The notes below the pieces were generated by a model. The model did no database searches. It was not told where the DNA came from and saw only the letters and a list, made by a program, of their open reading frames with translations. Both the position numbers and the translations under genes were made by a program. A DNA stretch of 47,543 nt from Acidimicrobiia bacterium (GTDB lineage Bacteria; Actinomycetota; Acidimicrobiia; Spongiisociales; ZC4RG35). The stretch spans positions 1-47,543 of the forward strand of contig JBBDWN010000019.1 of assembly GCA_040902855.1 (NCBI GenBank), in the 5' to 3' direction. Below are positions 46,387-47,543 of this stretch, piece by piece; position 1 is the first letter of the stretch, and each line of letters starts with the position of its first letter.

Positions 46387-47442
46387 GTGGGCATGTCTCT
46401 TCCTGTAATTCCGGTCTTGATGTCGGGCGGGCGCGGGACCCGGTTGTGGCCGCTCTCCCGCAAGGGCCGGCCGAAGCAGCTTCAATCGATTCTCGGCTCG
46501 TCCACGTTGCTGCAGGCCACCGCGACCAGGCTGGCCGGGGTCGCAGGGCTGGCTTCGCCCATCGTGGTGTGCGGGATGGGCGACGCCGAGGAGGTTCTCG
46601 AGCAACTCGCGGCAGTCGGACAGGAACCCATGGTCACCGTCGCCGAACCCGTCGGCCGCAACACAGCCCCTGCCATCACTGCCGCCGCACTCGTCGCTCC
46701 ATCCGAATCGGTTCTGGTCGTCTTGCCGTCCGACCACATCGTCACTGACATCGCATCATTTCGGCGTGCGGTGGCCGTCGCCACTGAGGCAGCCGAAGGC
46801 GGAAAGATCGTGACCTTCGGGGTCGTGCCGACCAGGGCAGAGACCGGCTTCGGATACATCGAGGCTCCCCGCGCTGGGCCGGTGCGGCCCATCGTGGACT
46901 TCCTCGAAAAGCCGGACAGAGAAACCGCAACTCGTCTCGTCGACGGTGGGAAGCACTTCTGGAACTCCGGGATGTTCGTCTTCCGACCCGACGTCGTGCT
47001 CGACGAGATCCAGAGGCACGCTCCTGGCATCGTTGAAGCCGTCCGGCGATCTTTGGCTTCGGGATCGGGACCGATTCGGCATCCTGGTCCGGAGTTCGCC
47101 GATGCGCCTTCCTTGCCTTTCGACGTTGCGGTGATGGAGAAGACGGATCGGGCGGTCATGGTCCCACTCGACGCAGGATGGGATGACATCGGATCTTGGC
47201 GGTCGCTGTGGGAAGTCGGCGATCGCGATCACGACGAGAACGTCCTTGTCGGCGACGTGATCACCCACGAAACCCATCGCTCCTATGTGAGGTCTGACGG
47301 TCGCCCTGTCGTGGTGCTCGGATTGGACGACGTCACGGTGGTCGATGCCGGCGACGTCGTCTTCGTCGCGTCGATGCGCCATGCCGAGAGCGTGCGCGCG
47401 CTCATAGCCCTCCTCGACAAGAACCGCCCAGAGCTCACCTGA
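46387..47442 (+). CDS. manC: Mannose-1-phosphate guanylyltransferase (GDP-mannose pyrophosphorylase)
   Basis: 351 aa. Motifs PVLMSGGRGTRLWPLSRKGRPKQL, VLPSDH, GYIE, FLEKPD, WNSGMFVF, WDDIGSW. Start at GTG 46387 or ATG 46393. Confidence 0.85.
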   Translation: MGMSLPVIPVLMSGGRGTRLWPLSRKGRPKQLQSILGSSTLLQATATRLAGVAGLASPIVVCGMGDAEEVLEQLAAVGQEPMVTVAEPVGRNTAPAITAAALVAPSESVLVVLPSDHIVTDIASFRRAVAVATEAAEGGKIVTFGVVPTRAETGFGYIEAPRAGPVRPIVDFLEKPDRETATRLVDGGKHFWNSGMFVFRPDVVLDEIQRHAPGIVEAVRRSLASGSGPIRHPGPEFADAPSLPFDVAVMEKTDRAVMVPLDAGWDDIGSWRSLWEVGDRDHDENVLVGDVITHETHRSYVRSDGRPVVVLGLDDVTVVDAGDVVFVASMRHAESVRALIALLDKNRPELT

Positions 47443-47464
47443 CAGCGAGCTCTGCGAGTGATTT

Positions 47465-47497
47465 GTCCCCCCTCGGCCGCAGGCCGTCTGGGGGGAC
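47465..47497 (+). terminator. GC-rich hairpin after manC
   Basis: GTCCCCCC...GGGGGGAC (8 bp) enclosing an inner stem CGGCC/GGCCG, 22 nt after the stop. Confidence 0.5.
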
Positions 47498-47543
47498 CGG
47501 CGGCTGCTTTGAGCCGTCGAGGGGGGCGTGAGCGTCAGCGAAC

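Overview
GC-rich (strong GC3 bias), tightly packed chromosomal segment with actinobacterial-style organisation: GTG starts, lipoboxes, and many ATGA/GTGA/TGATG start-stop overlaps. I found no rRNA or tRNA genes, CRISPR arrays, transposases or integrases. About 45 protein genes can be supported. All calls come from motif recognition by eye; no searches were run.

Blocks:
(1) 0-9.1 kb: two UMF1/Atg22-like MFS paralogs, a Zn-ADH, an aspartate aminotransferase, a co-oriented string (LapA-like, CoA-disulfide-reductase-like, secreted SNase-LTD nuclease, LEA-like hydrophilin), and a PQQ sugar dehydrogenase lipoprotein.
(2) 10.4-20.8 kb: a divergent locus that reads as ectoine/hydroxyectoine uptake and catabolism. 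Leftward: GntR, Cys/Met PLP enzyme, EutC-like, EutB-like. Rightward: EhuB-C-D-A, EutD/DoeA-like M24 hydrolase, ArgE-like M20 deacylase. The binding-protein gene carries an in-frame 801-bp tandem duplication, 683 bp of it identical.
(3) 23-33.6 kb: a HerA-like ATPase, then 4.5 kb downstream on the same strand a translationally coupled sbcD(mre11)-sbcC(rad50)-NurA-like triad. This is the archaeal herA-mre11-rad50-nurA order, interrupted by an opposite-strand pair: mannosyl-3-phosphoglycerate synthase plus a 1002-aa carrier-HEAT-cNMP-binding fusion.
(4) 33.6-47.5 kb: a MocR-regulated PNPOx-like/EamA pair, MaoC, gpsA, ychF, glycine riboswitch-gcvP, an orphan acidic/Pro-rich protein coupled to a gamma-CA-like protein, an ABC-2 exporter, and manC.

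Best candidates for something new: the split HerA/Mre11/Rad50/NurA module, the mpgS plus cNMP-sensing carrier pair, the non-canonical ectoine catabolic enzyme set, and the double-module EhuB-like lipoprotein.
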